This document shows positions 49,104-57,951 of a stretch of DNA of 64,000 nucleotides, in pieces. The notes beneath the pieces are model-generated. The model did not search any database. It saw nothing but the letters and a program-made list of their open reading frames with translations, and had not been told where the DNA came from. A program made the position numbers and the translations under genes. Position 1 is the stretch's first letter; each line of letters begins with the position of its first letter. Source of the stretch: an uncultured virus (IMG/VR IMGVR_UViG_3300025900_000203). Lineage: Duplodnaviria > Heunggongvirae > Uroviricota > Caudoviricetes. The DNA is taken from the IMG/VR virus record IMGVR_UViG_3300025900_000203. One strand, given 5' to 3'.

Positions 49104-49161
49104 TCACGCCGCTTTCACGCCGCTTTCACGCCGCTTTCACGCCGCTTTCACGCCGCTTTCA
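49104..49161. repeat. 11-bp tandem repeat (TCACGCCGCTT)x5
   Basis: Seen directly. Confidence 0.95.
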
Positions 49162-49771
49162 AGATCGTGCGGTGGTTTTGCCGGAAGTAGCGCTCGCCTG
49201 CTCGATGGCGCGCGCGGTTCCGTTCGATGACGAGCGTGTCCAGCAGGCTGGAGCGATTGTCTTTCGCGAAGCGCTCGAAATACGCGTCGGCGTCGTCTTG
49301 CCAGGTGGGACGACTGCACCAGTCCCAGTCGTCCCAGTCCGAGTCGTCCATCCAATATGTACTCTCACGATCCTCGTTGTCGTCGTGAACATGCCCGGCG
49401 ATCCACAGATCGACCCAGCTGCGATCGGTCGGAAGGACGTCGTCGTAATGATGCCTGTAACGATAGTCGTCATCGTCCCAGTCGTCGTAGCTGTTGTAAC
49501 GATGCCCGTAACGATACTCGTCGTCCCCGTCGTAGTAGTGATTGTCCCAGTCCGTATCATCCGGAATGTACTCGTACGGATCGTCGTACACGGCATCGAA
49601 GCGCTCGTGGCGCTTCGAGGACTCCGCTTGGCGACGCCATTTGCACAGATCGGCAGAGGTCGTCAGTGGCGTGCCGTGCAGCCAAACGTCGGGGTCGTGT
49701 TGGGCTAGCTCCAGGTCGTACAGATCGTCCTGGATCTCGAGCTGGGCACGATGCCGTGCCGCTTTGGACAT
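49148..49771 (-). CDS. Asp/Tyr/Trp-rich low-complexity protein
   Basis: YDDWDDDDYRY-type composition. Confidence 0.55.
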   Translation of the reverse strand: MSKAARHRAQLEIQDDLYDLELAQHDPDVWLHGTPLTTSADLCKWRRQAESSKRHERFDAVYDDPYEYIPDDTDWDNHYYDGDDEYRYGHRYNSYDDWDDDDYRYRHHYDDVLPTDRSWVDLWIAGHVHDDNEDRESTYWMDDSDWDDWDWCSRPTWQDDADAYFERFAKDNRSSLLDTLVIERNRARHRAGERYFRQNHRTILKAA

Positions 49772-49939
49772 CCCGCGATCAATCGTTTGCCTGCCTTGTG
49801 TACATTTTGCTTGAACGAAGCGTCCACGCTCCTGGGCTCCTGCACGGTTACGCCCTGCGTTGCTACGGATGTAGGCAGGACGCGTGCTCGACCAAAAGCT
49901 CGCGTACAAGCTTCGTCGGGCTCCGTAGCAACGCATCGA

Positions 49940-50182
49940 TCAGACTCCCATCCGTTGCAGCTCGGCGGCGATCCGCGCGTCGAGGAACTCGCCGGCCACA
50001 CGCTCGGCCAGCGCGACAACGGGCGGAGAAGGACCTCCGCGATCCCCCCAATACTCGTACATACAGTGCTCTGCGAGCACCAGACACGCGAGCTGGATGC
50101 TCGGACCTTCGGCTGTCCGCGTATCCGCAAGCTTCTTGTAGTAGTTGGCGAGTTGCTGCCACAGCTCTTCACGGGTGCTCAC
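49940..50182 (-). CDS. Hypothetical protein
   Basis: GTGA-coupled ORF. Confidence 0.45.
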   Translation of the reverse strand: MSTREELWQQLANYYKKLADTRTAEGPSIQLACLVLAEHCMYEYWGDRGGPSPPVVALAERVAGEFLDARIAAELQRMGV

Positions 50183-50892
50183 AATGCTAGCTCTCCCTTC
50201 CAGTTCCGTGCCTTGAGTATCTGAAGCGCGTCGATCGTCGCCGAGGCTTCACGACACGACAGTTGTTCGATCCCTCGTGTCTCTAGGAGGTAGGGCCTTC
50301 CGCAACGCGCGGCTTCGTCAACGAGTCGACGAATGAAGTCTTGCTGCTTGCCCGTCGACGTGCCGCGGCGACCGGGAAGCTGGGCATGATCCCGGATCCC
50401 TCGCGCTTCGAGCGCTCGACGGCATGCTGGGCACATCTCGCCGGCCTCGCCGTTGACGATGGCACTACGTGCCCCGATCTTGTTGTAGTCCGCACCTGTT
50501 GCCTTCGCGCCGCACTCCGTGAGCGCGCGCGGGCGGTCCCAGATCTTACCTTGCGCGTGCAGCACGACCGTCTCGGTTCCGTCATGCTCGCCGGTGCGTA
50601 CGTGCCGAAGGATCGGAGCGATCCAGCGAAGCGCGTCGGCGACAGACTCTTCGATTCCGCTGACGCCCGTCGCGAGCTTGGAGGCATAGAGGCAGTCGAC
50701 GGGCGTGAAGTGCAGCCGGCCGACGAGGCGTTTCGTATCCGTCGTCTTCACGAGCCAGTTCTCAGGGACTCGCGTGGCGCGGGGATCTGCGGCCAGTTGT
50801 TGATCCCGGGCGGATACGGCTTCACGGATCAAGAGCAACCCTAGCTCGGCAGCGAGGGTGCGATCGTCGTCCGTGATCGTCAACATCGGCAT
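50179..50892 (-). CDS. Hypothetical protein with zinc-binding motif
   Basis: H...TECG...CPAC; T.KQ..FI..L tail. Confidence 0.55.
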   Translation of the reverse strand: MPMLTITDDDRTLAAELGLLLIREAVSARDQQLAADPRATRVPENWLVKTTDTKRLVGRLHFTPVDCLYASKLATGVSGIEESVADALRWIAPILRHVRTGEHDGTETVVLHAQGKIWDRPRALTECGAKATGADYNKIGARSAIVNGEAGEMCPACRRALEARGIRDHAQLPGRRGTSTGKQQDFIRRLVDEAARCGRPYLLETRGIEQLSCREASATIDALQILKARNWKGELAL

Positions 50893-50987
50893 GCCCTACA
50901 AGCATTGCGTAAAGTGTGCCGAGATCTCGCAGTCGTAAGTGGCTGTTGTGTCGCTGTCCTATACAATCTATGTGGTGCTCGAGAGCC

Positions 50988-51003
50988 GGGTACACTGTTA
51001 CCC
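50988..51003. promoter_or_regulatory. GGGTA-N6-TACCC palindrome
   Basis: agagccGGGTAcactgtTACCCa; right arm touches the 3' end of ORF 50998..51393. Confidence 0.7.
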
Positions 51004-51779
51004 ATGTGCCGCCTCGCGTAGCGCACGCCAGGCAATCGCAGGGGCAAGCCGATACACGAGCGCAGGCTCGTACACCGGAGCGTCGGGTGCCCAACAAGAG
51101 GCGGCACTTCCGGCGATCAGAAACCGCAGTCGCTCGTCGACGGCCGTAACGTCGAGTCTCGCGACCTCGGCGATGCACGCCCGAAGATCCGCGGCATCGG
51201 TCTGTAGCTTATCCCGAGCGTGAGGCGGTAGTAGCCGGGTGAAGAAGGAGTGCTTCGGTTGATACTCGGCGAGACTCGATTCGATGCGGCGGATGCGATC
51301 TCGAGTATTTGGCAAGACCCGTTCGCAGAGCTCTGGGAGCACGATGAGCCGCAGATCGCCGTCAGGAGATCGTCCGCGACATTTCGCAAACATAGACAGA
51401 TCGTGTCGATGATCGAAGTGGTTGGCATCTCCGCGTATTCTTGGATCTCTCGCGTCAAGATCCCCCGATCGGCCGCTCGTGAAAACACGGCGGCTGGAAC
51501 AAGGGCCACCGCGCTCATTCGCTGGGCGCTCCGTTTCGCGCGTCGATCAGCGCGATTGCTGCGACGAGTAGCTCGCGGACATCGTCCTGCATGTTCTCCG
51601 CAGCACAGTCCTCGGGACCTTCTACGCAGCAATCACAGCGCGCTGTCCCATCCGTCGGTGAGAAGTTGTGAATGTGGATCGCTTGTTCACATTCTGGGCA
51701 GGTCTCTCGCGCCACCGAAATATAGGGCGCGTCGCCGAGTCGTCGTAGACGGATCTCGATGCAGAGGGGCGCGGCCATG

Positions 51780-51980
51780 TTACACGCTGCCCTTCTTTTG
51801 GGAGACTTCTGTCTCTTGATCGAGCCCGCGAGAAATCATTTCGGTGGCGACGCTGGCGATCGTGTGCGGCCACCCACGTTTCTTCGCGATCTGTACGATC
51901 TTCGTGTGCTCTTCCGGGCGCACGCGCACGTAGATGGGGCGTCGCGTGTCACGCTTGGGCTTCTTCGCCTTCGGGTTCAT
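51780..51980 (-). CDS. Ribbon-helix-helix DNA-binding protein
   Basis: PIYVRVRPEEHTKIVQIAKKRG...IASVATEMISRGL. Confidence 0.65.
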   Translation of the reverse strand: MNPKAKKPKRDTRRPIYVRVRPEEHTKIVQIAKKRGWPHTIASVATEMISRGLDQETEVSQKKGSV

Positions 51981-52248
51981 CTGCGACAGATTGACAACCC
52001 TTGCGACGAATTGCAATCTCTTCAGGCCTCCGCGTCATCCTTGGTGACGATCCGAAACGAGACATCGTGCTTGCCTCGCAGCGCGGAGGTAAGAAGCGCG
52101 TCGATCTCCGCCCGCGTCAACTGCGAGACGTCGTACTCGATGATCAGCACGCGCCGTGGCTTCTTGATCGGTGTCGACACTATCGGTGTCGACGTTACCA
52201 AGAATTGTGCCGACTGAACGAAGCCGCAACCTGTTGTCTTCCATGCCT

Positions 52249-52319
52249 GGGTACAAGATCACCCAGTATCTTGATCACCGCACGATCGTTGCTTTGGAGA
52301 GCCGGGTATTCCAATACCT
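52249..52319. promoter_or_regulatory. Pair of near-perfect GGGTA-N6-TACCC palindromes at the main strand divergence
   Basis: GGGTAcaagatCACCC (52249-52264) and GGGTAttccaaTACCT (52304-52319). Confidence 0.65.
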
Positions 52320-52374
52320 AGGTTCACATGTCAGATGCTTACGCCAGGCACGCGAACTGCTTTAGGCTCATGTT

Positions 52375-53541
52375 GTGAACGAACTGGTCAGCATTCGCAG
52401 TAAGTCGTCATGTGCCCGCGTAGATCGCGGCGTCGAGCTGGATGGCAACGTCACCGCGCTGATCGCCGCGAATGCACCTTGCGCGATCGGTGTTTCGGGC
52501 GGAAAAGACTCTTGCGCGGCAGCGATTGCGGTCGTTGATCATCTCCGCGCTGTTCAGCATCGCGGCCCGATCGTACTCGTGCATGCCGACCTCGGCGATG
52601 CGGATCCAGCTCTCAACGTCGAGTGGGAGGACTCGCTACCGACCTGCGAGCGGCTCGCGGCTTTTCTGGGCGTCGAGCTGATCGTCACGCGTCGTCCTGC
52701 GGGCGGCATGATGAAGCGTTGGCTCAAGCGGTGGGAGAACAACGTCGGGCGGTACGCAGATCTATCCTGCGTCAAGATCATCTTGCCGTGGTCAACGCCT
52801 TCGATGCGGTTCTGTACTTCGGAGCTCAAGAGCGCGCCGATCGCATCTGCGCTGGTAAAGCGCTTCCCTGGGAAGCAGATCATTAGCGCCTGCGGCATTC
52901 GTCGCGAAGAAGGCAACGGTAAGGAAAATTCCCCACGCACCCATGCTCCGACGTCGAAGCCGAATCCGCGGCTCAAGCGTGCCAAGACGAGTGGCGTCGA
53001 CTGGAATCCGATCGCAGCGTGGTCGACCGCGGACGTGTTCGCTTTCTGCGCGAGCCGTGGCTTCCAGATGCACGAAGGGTACGCACTGGGCATGAGCCGT
53101 ATTTCGTGCCGATTCTGCATCATGCAGGATCTTTCGGATCAGCGAACGTCCGCTTCAGTCGCTGCGAACGCGGCAGTGTTCCGCACGATTGTCAGTCTGG
53201 AGATTCGATCAACCTTCGCGTTCCAAGGCTCTCGCTGGCTCGGCGACGTTGCTCCGCAGCTCCTTGATGAGAAGACGCGGACAGCTCTCGTCGAAGCCAA
53301 GGCTCGAGCGGCTCGTCGCGTGTCGATCGAGCGGCGGATCCCAAAGCATTTGCTCTACACCAAGGGTTGGCCAACGGTGATGCCGACCTTGGAAGAGGCC
53401 GCGTTACTCTGTCAAGCACGCCGTGAGGTGGCGGAGTTGCTCGGACTCTCAATTCGCTACACGGAACCTGAAGCGTTGCTCGCGCGCTACGCGCAGCTCA
53501 TGGATCAGAAAGCACAGAAGGCTAACAAAACTGGAGTGTGA
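52375..53541 (+). CDS. Phosphoadenosine phosphosulfate reductase-family (PP-loop) protein
   Basis: GVSGGKDS, VHADLG, RFCTSELK, GIRREE, WNPI..W, RISCRFCI. Confidence 0.85.
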   Translation: MNELVSIRSKSSCARVDRGVELDGNVTALIAANAPCAIGVSGGKDSCAAAIAVVDHLRAVQHRGPIVLVHADLGDADPALNVEWEDSLPTCERLAAFLGVELIVTRRPAGGMMKRWLKRWENNVGRYADLSCVKIILPWSTPSMRFCTSELKSAPIASALVKRFPGKQIISACGIRREEGNGKENSPRTHAPTSKPNPRLKRAKTSGVDWNPIAAWSTADVFAFCASRGFQMHEGYALGMSRISCRFCIMQDLSDQRTSASVAANAAVFRTIVSLEIRSTFAFQGSRWLGDVAPQLLDEKTRTALVEAKARAARRVSIERRIPKHLLYTKGWPTVMPTLEEAALLCQARREVAELLGLSIRYTEPEALLARYAQLMDQKAQKANKTGV

Positions 53542-53906
53542 GTGTGATGGAGAATGTGATGGTGGGTCGGCGTGTTTCTTCGGTGTGGCACCAACTCGTG
53601 GACGGCGAGATCGTGCGATGGGAACCCTTTGGGAGTTCGGTGAGCGATGTGCTCGTGCGCTCGCTGGATGGGCGGCTCTGTTGGTACGCGAGCCATGGAC
53701 TCGTTCCCGTGGATGATCGAGGTCCGCTGCCGACGCGGAGCCAGGCGGTCGAGCAGCGACGGCTGGAGATGCTCGCGCAGCTGACGGCGATCCGCGCACA
53801 ACACCTCGCCACGCTCTATCGAGAGCGCTGGGTGGGTGCGGAATTCGGGAAGGTACTTGTCGGGCAGATGCTGGAGCAAGCTCTTGCGGAGCTAGCTCTG
53901 GACTAG
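53538..53906 (+). CDS. Hypothetical protein
   Basis: GTGA-coupled ORF. Confidence 0.5.
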   Translation: MSVMENVMVGRRVSSVWHQLVDGEIVRWEPFGSSVSDVLVRSLDGRLCWYASHGLVPVDDRGPLPTRSQAVEQRRLEMLAQLTAIRAQHLATLYRERWVGAEFGKVLVGQMLEQALAELALD

Positions 53907-53945
53907 GTTTCAGCAGATACTCGGAGAAATAAAAGGAGGCCAGTT

Positions 53946-54419
53946 ATGGCAACGCCGAAGCAGTTGGATCAAGACATCGACGAAGTTCTGGCAGCGCGCA
54001 AGCGTCGCGACGCGTCGACACGCTCACAGGGGACGAGCAAGATCCCGAGTCAGTCCGAGTACGAGCAACGCGAGCGAAAGGAAGCGCAGGCGAAGCTCCT
54101 TGAAGTCCGGCGAGCCCCGCTAGCGGATCGTAAGGAAGCCGAAGCGGAGTTCTTTGCGGCGATGCGGGATCATCCCGAGATCGTCGCCGAGCGTGTCGGT
54201 TGGCTTATTGCTGGGAACTACGGATACGGATCCAAGCTCCTCGCGGATCGCGTGCTGCAGTCCCCGCGCATGAACCGGCCGGCTGCGCTCACGCAGATGG
54301 TGGCGGCTTTCGAGTGGCAGTGCCCGGAGGATCACGCCCGTGCCGCGTGGAAGAAACTCTCGACGAACGAACAAGCGACGCTGGAGCGTGCGGTGCGCCG
54401 CGAGATCGCAGAAGCATGA
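53946..54419 (+). CDS. Hypothetical protein with TPKQLDQDIDEVL leader
   Basis: Strong RBS AAAGGAGG. Confidence 0.65.
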   Translation: MATPKQLDQDIDEVLAARKRRDASTRSQGTSKIPSQSEYEQRERKEAQAKLLEVRRAPLADRKEAEAEFFAAMRDHPEIVAERVGWLIAGNYGYGSKLLADRVLQSPRMNRPAALTQMVAAFEWQCPEDHARAAWKKLSTNEQATLERAVRREIAEA

Positions 54420-54874
54420 AGCTTCGTGCTCGCTGGGTCGGTCTACCTCCGCAACCGGGCGACTATCTCATGTCTGATACGCGTCCACGCTTTGCGTATC
54501 GTGTCTTGCAGGTGGTCGCTTCATCGAAGGTTGCGCTGGAGAGTGGCGGCCTCGAGAGCCGTAAACTCCAGATCGAAGTCGATCGTATCGTTGCGGCTGG
54601 AGTTCCTCCGCAAGCCCGTGTGCACCCATGGAAATGGGATCGACGAGGCACCTGATGAAGGGCTGTGTGTATCCAGTTCCGCCTCGAGCGGTGCGGCACA
54701 TCCGTCGCCCGCTATCGGATGCTACCGAGAGTTGTGGAGCGCCTGCGACGCATCGGACCGGCTATGGACTTCGCGTATGTGCGGTACATGCGATGTCCTC
54801 TGATCGCTTTTTTTCGGAGGAGGATGGTCGTTCCCAGCTCCTAAGGATCTAGAGGAGCCAAGGTCACCCTTGGG

Positions 54875-55306
54875 TCACTGCCCTTGGAAGACCCACGACG
54901 GCGCCACGTATCCGTCACGGCCGCCGCTAACGAGGAACTCGCGCTCGGCCTGCCGCACGATCTGCGCGAAGCGCTCACGAAACCCACGCAGCTCGCGAGC
55001 AGTCCCAGATCCCGGAAGTGTCTGCCAGGGGATATCGTGCTTCGTGCCACGGAAGTGAAGCCACGCTCGAAGGAACGGATCCCATGTCGATTGGAGGAAG
55101 CGGTAGCGATCGCTGGTCTCCGCGCCTGGCCGCGGACGCCACGTTCCAGGCTCGTACACGAGATCCCGCAGCGCCTGCCCGAAGGTCATGACGTTCGCAT
55201 GGAGGCGCTCCATCGAATCGTCCACCTCGTCACCGACCACGATGCGAGAATACGGTGGGTACCAGATCAAGATCGGTGCGTAGGGTGTTGGATACCAGAA
55301 CCACAT
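54875..55306 (-). CDS. Hypothetical protein
   Basis: Trp/Pro-rich N-terminus; divergent from the Cas12-like gene. Confidence 0.45.
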   Translation of the reverse strand: MWFWYPTPYAPILIWYPPYSRIVVGDEVDDSMERLHANVMTFGQALRDLVYEPGTWRPRPGAETSDRYRFLQSTWDPFLRAWLHFRGTKHDIPWQTLPGSGTARELRGFRERFAQIVRQAEREFLVSGGRDGYVAPSWVFQGQ

Positions 55307-55499
55307 GGCCGGATCGTACGACGTCAGACGTGGCCGAGGATACTTTTCGCTGCGGGATCAGAACAGGCAGTCCCTAGTGGACTCAGAACGGAAGGGCCCC
55401 CGACTTTGGCAAGCGGCAATGATCTCGCTAGGGTTGTTGACTGATTTCGACAGGATCTGCTTGCTGAAATGTCTATCGTTCTGTTAGCTCTCCACTTCG

Positions 55500-57440
55500 A
55501 TGCCGCGAGCTCCGCGTCGCAAGACCTCGGACGTTCCTACGCGGATCTATTCGTACCGTTGCTTGGCACCGATCACAGAAGCGGCGGCTGTCGAGCAACA
55601 GTTCAAGCTCGCGCACCAGTACCGTAACAAGTTGGTCGAGATCGAAGGAGCGCTTCGCGAGGCTCTTCGCAATGTGCAGATCGAGGACGACATTGTGGGG
55701 CCGGTGCTCGCCCGCTATGAAGGTGCCGAGGCGAACGTCGACGCCGCGTACGAAGATCTTCGCGCACGGAAGTCCGGAAACGCCCGAGCAGACCTCACGC
55801 AGGCGCAAGATATCCTAGAGGCGGTCAAAGAGTTGCGGGATAGCTTCGATGCTGAGCTACGCGAGGCGAAATCTTCGCGGCTTGCCTACCTGCAGGTAGG
55901 GTATGCCGCGGCACGTGAAGTCGCCCAGCGGCAACGTCGAGCAGCACGGCACGACTTCATTCAGCGCGGACTACGCACGGCCACGTACGACCGCGTCGAG
56001 AACGCTGTGAAGCAGGCGGTGGCTTCCACGCAACGACCGTTGCACTTCGAACGCTATGACGGTACGGGATCGATCGGGACGCAGTTGATCGGGGCGCGGG
56101 ATGCCTCGGCGGTGCGTGGGATGCCTGTCACCGCGTTGCTGTCGGGGAAAGACTCACGACTCCGTTTGGGCTCTCCTGGAGAAGCGGACGCGCATCCTCG
56201 AGTCGAGGTGGTTGGAACCTCGTGGGCCGATTATGAAACACTGCCTCGGAATGTGCGCCGCCACGCAGCGCGCACGTTTGTGGATCTTCGTGTTGGGAGC
56301 AACCCGGATCAATCTCCCGTCTTCGCACGCTTTCCTGTGACGTTTCATCGGCCGCTTCCAGCGGATGCTGTGATCAAGTGGGCCTACGTCGTCCGACGGC
56401 GCATCGGACATCAGTACGAGTGGCGATTCCAAGTCACGATCGAGAGCACAACGTTTCGATCACCTGCAACGCCTGTCGGCATCGGCACGTGTGCGATCGA
56501 TTTGGGCTGGCGCCGCATCTTCAACGGCCAAGGGGACGTGGTTGGTCTTCGCGTGGGATACGTCGTCGATGAATTCGGCGTCGAGAGAGAGATCCTCGCG
56601 CCGGCGAATCTCGTGCCTGGGATGGCCAAGGTTGAGGATCTTTCTTCGATTCGTGACAAGGCGTTCGATGGCGCGCGCAAGTGCTTTGTGGAATGGCTTC
56701 GCACACAGGTGGAGCTGCCAGCCTGGATGCAGGCGCGCATCACGGGGCTCGCGCAGTGGCGATCCCCCCCGAGGCTTCAAGCCCTCATCGACCTATGGAC
56801 TGGGATCGATTGGGATGCGTGGCGGGCGGCCCGAGCGATTGGTCGGAAGTGCAACCCTTCCGATTTTGCCGTGGCCACCCATCGGATCGAAGGTGATGGT
56901 CCAGTGCTCGCAGTGTTACAAGCATGGGCACGGCAAGATCGTCATCTTCAAAGCTGTCAGGAGCACCAGCGTGCACACTTGATCGCCGCACGCACCGAGA
57001 CGTGGCGCGTGGTAGCTGCCGAACTCTCCAAACGGTACGCGACGATCTTGCTCGAGAGTGGTACGCGGAAGGATGATTTACTGGATCTCACTGAGATCGA
57101 GGGCTGGGAGCAACCTGCCCCGGAAGATGGCAATCCATCGGAGGGTCGAGATCAACGAAAGATATCCCGACTCGCAGCTCCTGGTGAGTTGCGAGCCGAG
57201 ATCTTAAAGGCTGCCGGCAAGCACGGCACACGCGTGGAGGTGAAAGAGGCCGCGTATTCGACGAATGAATGTGCGTGGTGCGGATCGCGAGAGACGTTCG
57301 ATGCACGTGCCAGCATCCAGCATCGATGTGCAGCGTGCGCTCGCACGTGGGATCAAGATGCGAACGCCTGTCGTAATCTGTTGCACCGTCATGGGGTGCC
57401 AAGTGGCCCCGTACCCATGGGTACTTGCACGATCAGTTGA
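55500..57440 (+). CDS. Cas12m (type V-U1/V-M)-like / TnpB-derived RuvC protein, 646 aa
   Basis: QQF.LAH.YRN.LVEIE, FERYDGTGSIG.QL, HRPLP.DA.I, RuvC-I AIDLGWR, QWRSP.R, RuvC-II ILLES, AAPGELR, CAWC/CAAC zinc finger, RuvC-III WDQDANA. Confidence 0.85.
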   Translation: MPRAPRRKTSDVPTRIYSYRCLAPITEAAAVEQQFKLAHQYRNKLVEIEGALREALRNVQIEDDIVGPVLARYEGAEANVDAAYEDLRARKSGNARADLTQAQDILEAVKELRDSFDAELREAKSSRLAYLQVGYAAAREVAQRQRRAARHDFIQRGLRTATYDRVENAVKQAVASTQRPLHFERYDGTGSIGTQLIGARDASAVRGMPVTALLSGKDSRLRLGSPGEADAHPRVEVVGTSWADYETLPRNVRRHAARTFVDLRVGSNPDQSPVFARFPVTFHRPLPADAVIKWAYVVRRRIGHQYEWRFQVTIESTTFRSPATPVGIGTCAIDLGWRRIFNGQGDVVGLRVGYVVDEFGVEREILAPANLVPGMAKVEDLSSIRDKAFDGARKCFVEWLRTQVELPAWMQARITGLAQWRSPPRLQALIDLWTGIDWDAWRAARAIGRKCNPSDFAVATHRIEGDGPVLAVLQAWARQDRHLQSCQEHQRAHLIAARTETWRVVAAELSKRYATILLESGTRKDDLLDLTEIEGWEQPAPEDGNPSEGRDQRKISRLAAPGELRAEILKAAGKHGTRVEVKEAAYSTNECAWCGSRETFDARASIQHRCAACARTWDQDANACRNLLHRHGVPSGPVPMGTCTIS

Positions 57441-57510
57441 CGATCGTGCTCTCATCTACCGGCTACTGGCTTCAGACGATCTCGAGAGACCTGGAAGGTC
57501 CTTCGCTACA
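57411..57510 (+). ncRNA. Putative structured RNA overlapping the 3' end of the Cas12-like gene (omegaRNA/tracr-like)
   Basis: GTACCCATGGGTAC palindrome, GCACGATC-N7-GATCGTGC hairpin over the stop codon, GACC-TGGAA-GGTC hairpin ending in GCTAC. Confidence 0.35.
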
Positions 57511-57872
57511 ACACCCTCGCTATAGAGTGCGGCGTGTCGACGTTTCCACGTGGGCAGCACGCGATCGAGGAGTGTGTAGAACGCCGCGTCGTGTCCCGAG
57601 CCCTGAGGTTTCTGCTTCAACGCAAGGTGCGCGAGCTCATGCACGATGACGTACTCGAGCGCAGCGTCCGACATGTTCGAGAGCTTCAAACTGATCCAGA
57701 GACGCCGAGCCTGCGGGTTCGTCGATCCCCACGCACGCATCTTCTTGATGTGAAATTCTTGGAGCTGCACGCCGAGGCGCGGCAGCCAGAGGTCGAGGAG
57801 TCGCTGAACCCGTCGCTCAAGCCGCGCTCTTGCGAGATGATCTTCGATCTCTTGTCTGATGTTTCGTGACAC
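57456..57872 (-). CDS. YgjP/DUF45-like M48 metallopeptidase domain protein
   Basis: IKKMRAWGS, LEYVIVHELAHL, H...FY.LL...LPTW. Confidence 0.8.
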   Translation of the reverse strand: MSRNIRQEIEDHLARARLERRVQRLLDLWLPRLGVQLQEFHIKKMRAWGSTNPQARRLWISLKLSNMSDAALEYVIVHELAHLALKQKPQGSGHDAAFYTLLDRVLPTWKRRHAALYSEGVVAKDLPGLSRSSEASSR

Positions 57873-57880
57873 GTTCGAAT

Positions 57881-57951
57881 GTAGCTTGCGGCATCAACTG
57901 CCGCAGGACACGCTCGATGTTCGATGTAGCTTTCGGCATCCACTGCCGCAG
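57881..57951 (-). CRISPR. Putative minimal CRISPR array: two 26-bp hairpin repeats with a 19-bp spacer
   Basis: Minus strand CTGCGGCAGTGGATGCCGAAAGCTAC / ATCGAACATCGAGCGTGTC / CTGCGGCAGTTGATGCCGCAAGCTAC (24/26 identical, CGGCA..TGCCG stem); about 440 bp from the Cas12-like gene; orientation inferred. Confidence 0.45.

Noticed and set aside
55499..55513. GATGCCGCGAGCTCC at the effector start resembles the repeat 3' half GATGCCGCAAGCTAC
   Set aside because: Only 13 of 15 nt in GC-rich DNA; could be chance
55300..57500. IS200/IS605 or IS607 transposon carrying TnpB
   Set aside because: No TnpA or serine recombinase is adjacent, no clear element ends, and the protein is longer with Cas12m-type motifs; not fully excluded
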